Shown here one piece after another: positions 32,916-33,531 of a stretch of DNA of 33,531 nucleotides. The stretch comes from a virus (lineage: Duplodnaviria > Caudoviricetes), in IMG/VR virus record IMGVR_UViG_3300037461_000242, positions 1 through 33,531 of that record; one strand, given 5' to 3'. The number at the start of each line of letters is the position of its first letter. Position 1 is the stretch's first letter. The notes under the pieces were generated by a model that saw only the letters and a program-made list of their open reading frames with translations, was not told the origin of the DNA and searched no databases. Made by a program: the position numbers and the translations under genes.

Positions 32916-32969
32916 AAGGCGGGCGCTCTAGTCTTATAGAAATTGTGTCTCGAAGATGAGGGTACAACA

Positions 32970-33531
32970 ATGAGTCTGAGACCGCACCTGGTACACGCCC
33001 GCTCGAAAGCGGGACTCGCCGAGGCAGCCGTGAAGAACGTCCGCCTCACCCCCGGCGGCAAGCTCGACCGCTCCAAGGAGCGCATGATCGGAGCCAACGG
33101 GGAGATCAACGCCAACAACAAGCAGGAGCTGGTGGAGCGCCTGGCAGGGCTCTTCGAGCTGTTCCAGCAGGGTGAAGTTCAGGCCAGCAACCAGATGGTG
33201 GACGCGGAGTATGGCAACGAATGCGAGAAGATCGTGTCCGCCGCCATGGAAGACCGCGAGCACGGCGCTGGCGGAGGCTTCTGGGTCATGGGTGAGACCC
33301 TGGGCGATGCCGTGTGGGAGACCACCGGGCGCCTCGGCTTCACCAGCAAGTTCCTCCTCCGGCACGACGTGCCGCGTGGCCAGGAAGGTCGCATCCGCGT
33401 TCGCCAGAAGAACGTGGTCTCCTGGATCATCACGCGCGAGTCGTACATCCCGCGCTCGATCATCCGGCAGAACTGGGTCTACCCCGAGGTCGTGACGATC
33501 AGCACCTACGTCACCATCGACGACACCGTGC
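32970..33531 (+). CDS. major capsid protein (putative, truncated by window end; not in ORF track)
   Basis: open from ATG 32970 to the end: MSLRPHLV...MIGANGEINANNKQEL...GETLGDAVWETTGRLGFTSKFL...; GAGG SD, strong codon bias, last gene of head module. Confidence 0.7.
   Translation, partial: MSLRPHLVHARSKAGLAEAAVKNVRLTPGGKLDRSKERMIGANGEINANNKQELVERLAGLFELFQQGEVQASNQMVDAEYGNECEKIVSAAMEDREHGAGGGFWVMGETLGDAVWETTGRLGFTSKFLLRHDVPRGQEGRIRVRQKNVVSWIITRESYIPRSIIRQNWVYPEVVTISTYVTIDDTV

Noticed and set aside
33172-33495. 107-aa ORF at the right end
   Set aside because: Out-of-frame overlap with the open capsid-like frame starting at 32970
1-33531. Stop-codon reassignment, as in some large phages
   Set aside because: Conserved genes are full length in code 11, and TAG, TGA and TAA all end genes at expected positions
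1-33531. Prophage boundary or host chromosomal DNA
   Set aside because: No integrase, att-like junction or host operon is seen; lifestyle cannot be determined from this window

Overview
High-GC segment of a large dsDNA tailed-phage genome (standard genetic code; no integrase, host housekeeping block, rRNA, complete tRNA or CRISPR array seen). The left half (1-16.8 kb) is an accessory/early region of short ORF cassettes, most preceded by copies of one conserved sigma70-type promoter motif. It also carries a full-length Ro60/TROVE gene preceded by two tandem Y-RNA-like hairpins and a third, permuted Ro-site-like helix next to its own Shine-Dalgarno. Other genes there encode an ATP-dependent DNA ligase, a bacterial-type histone with a Lys-rich N-terminal tail, ThyX, a NADAR protein, a GHKL-ATPase/HExxH fusion, a putative 7_1-knot repeat protein and a SixA-like His-phosphatase. 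The right half (16.8-33.5 kb, + strand) has dTMP kinase, deoxynucleoside kinase, HAD, SWIM and NUDIX-like genes, then the head module: terminase large subunit, portal, prohead protease, acidic scaffold, decoration-like protein and a major capsid protein truncated by the window end. Many small right-half proteins share an N-terminal M-[KR]-[LV]-x-[EQ]-[IL]-x-R-x-A motif resembling a capsid-targeting signal. All family assignments come from motifs recognised by eye; no database searches were run.
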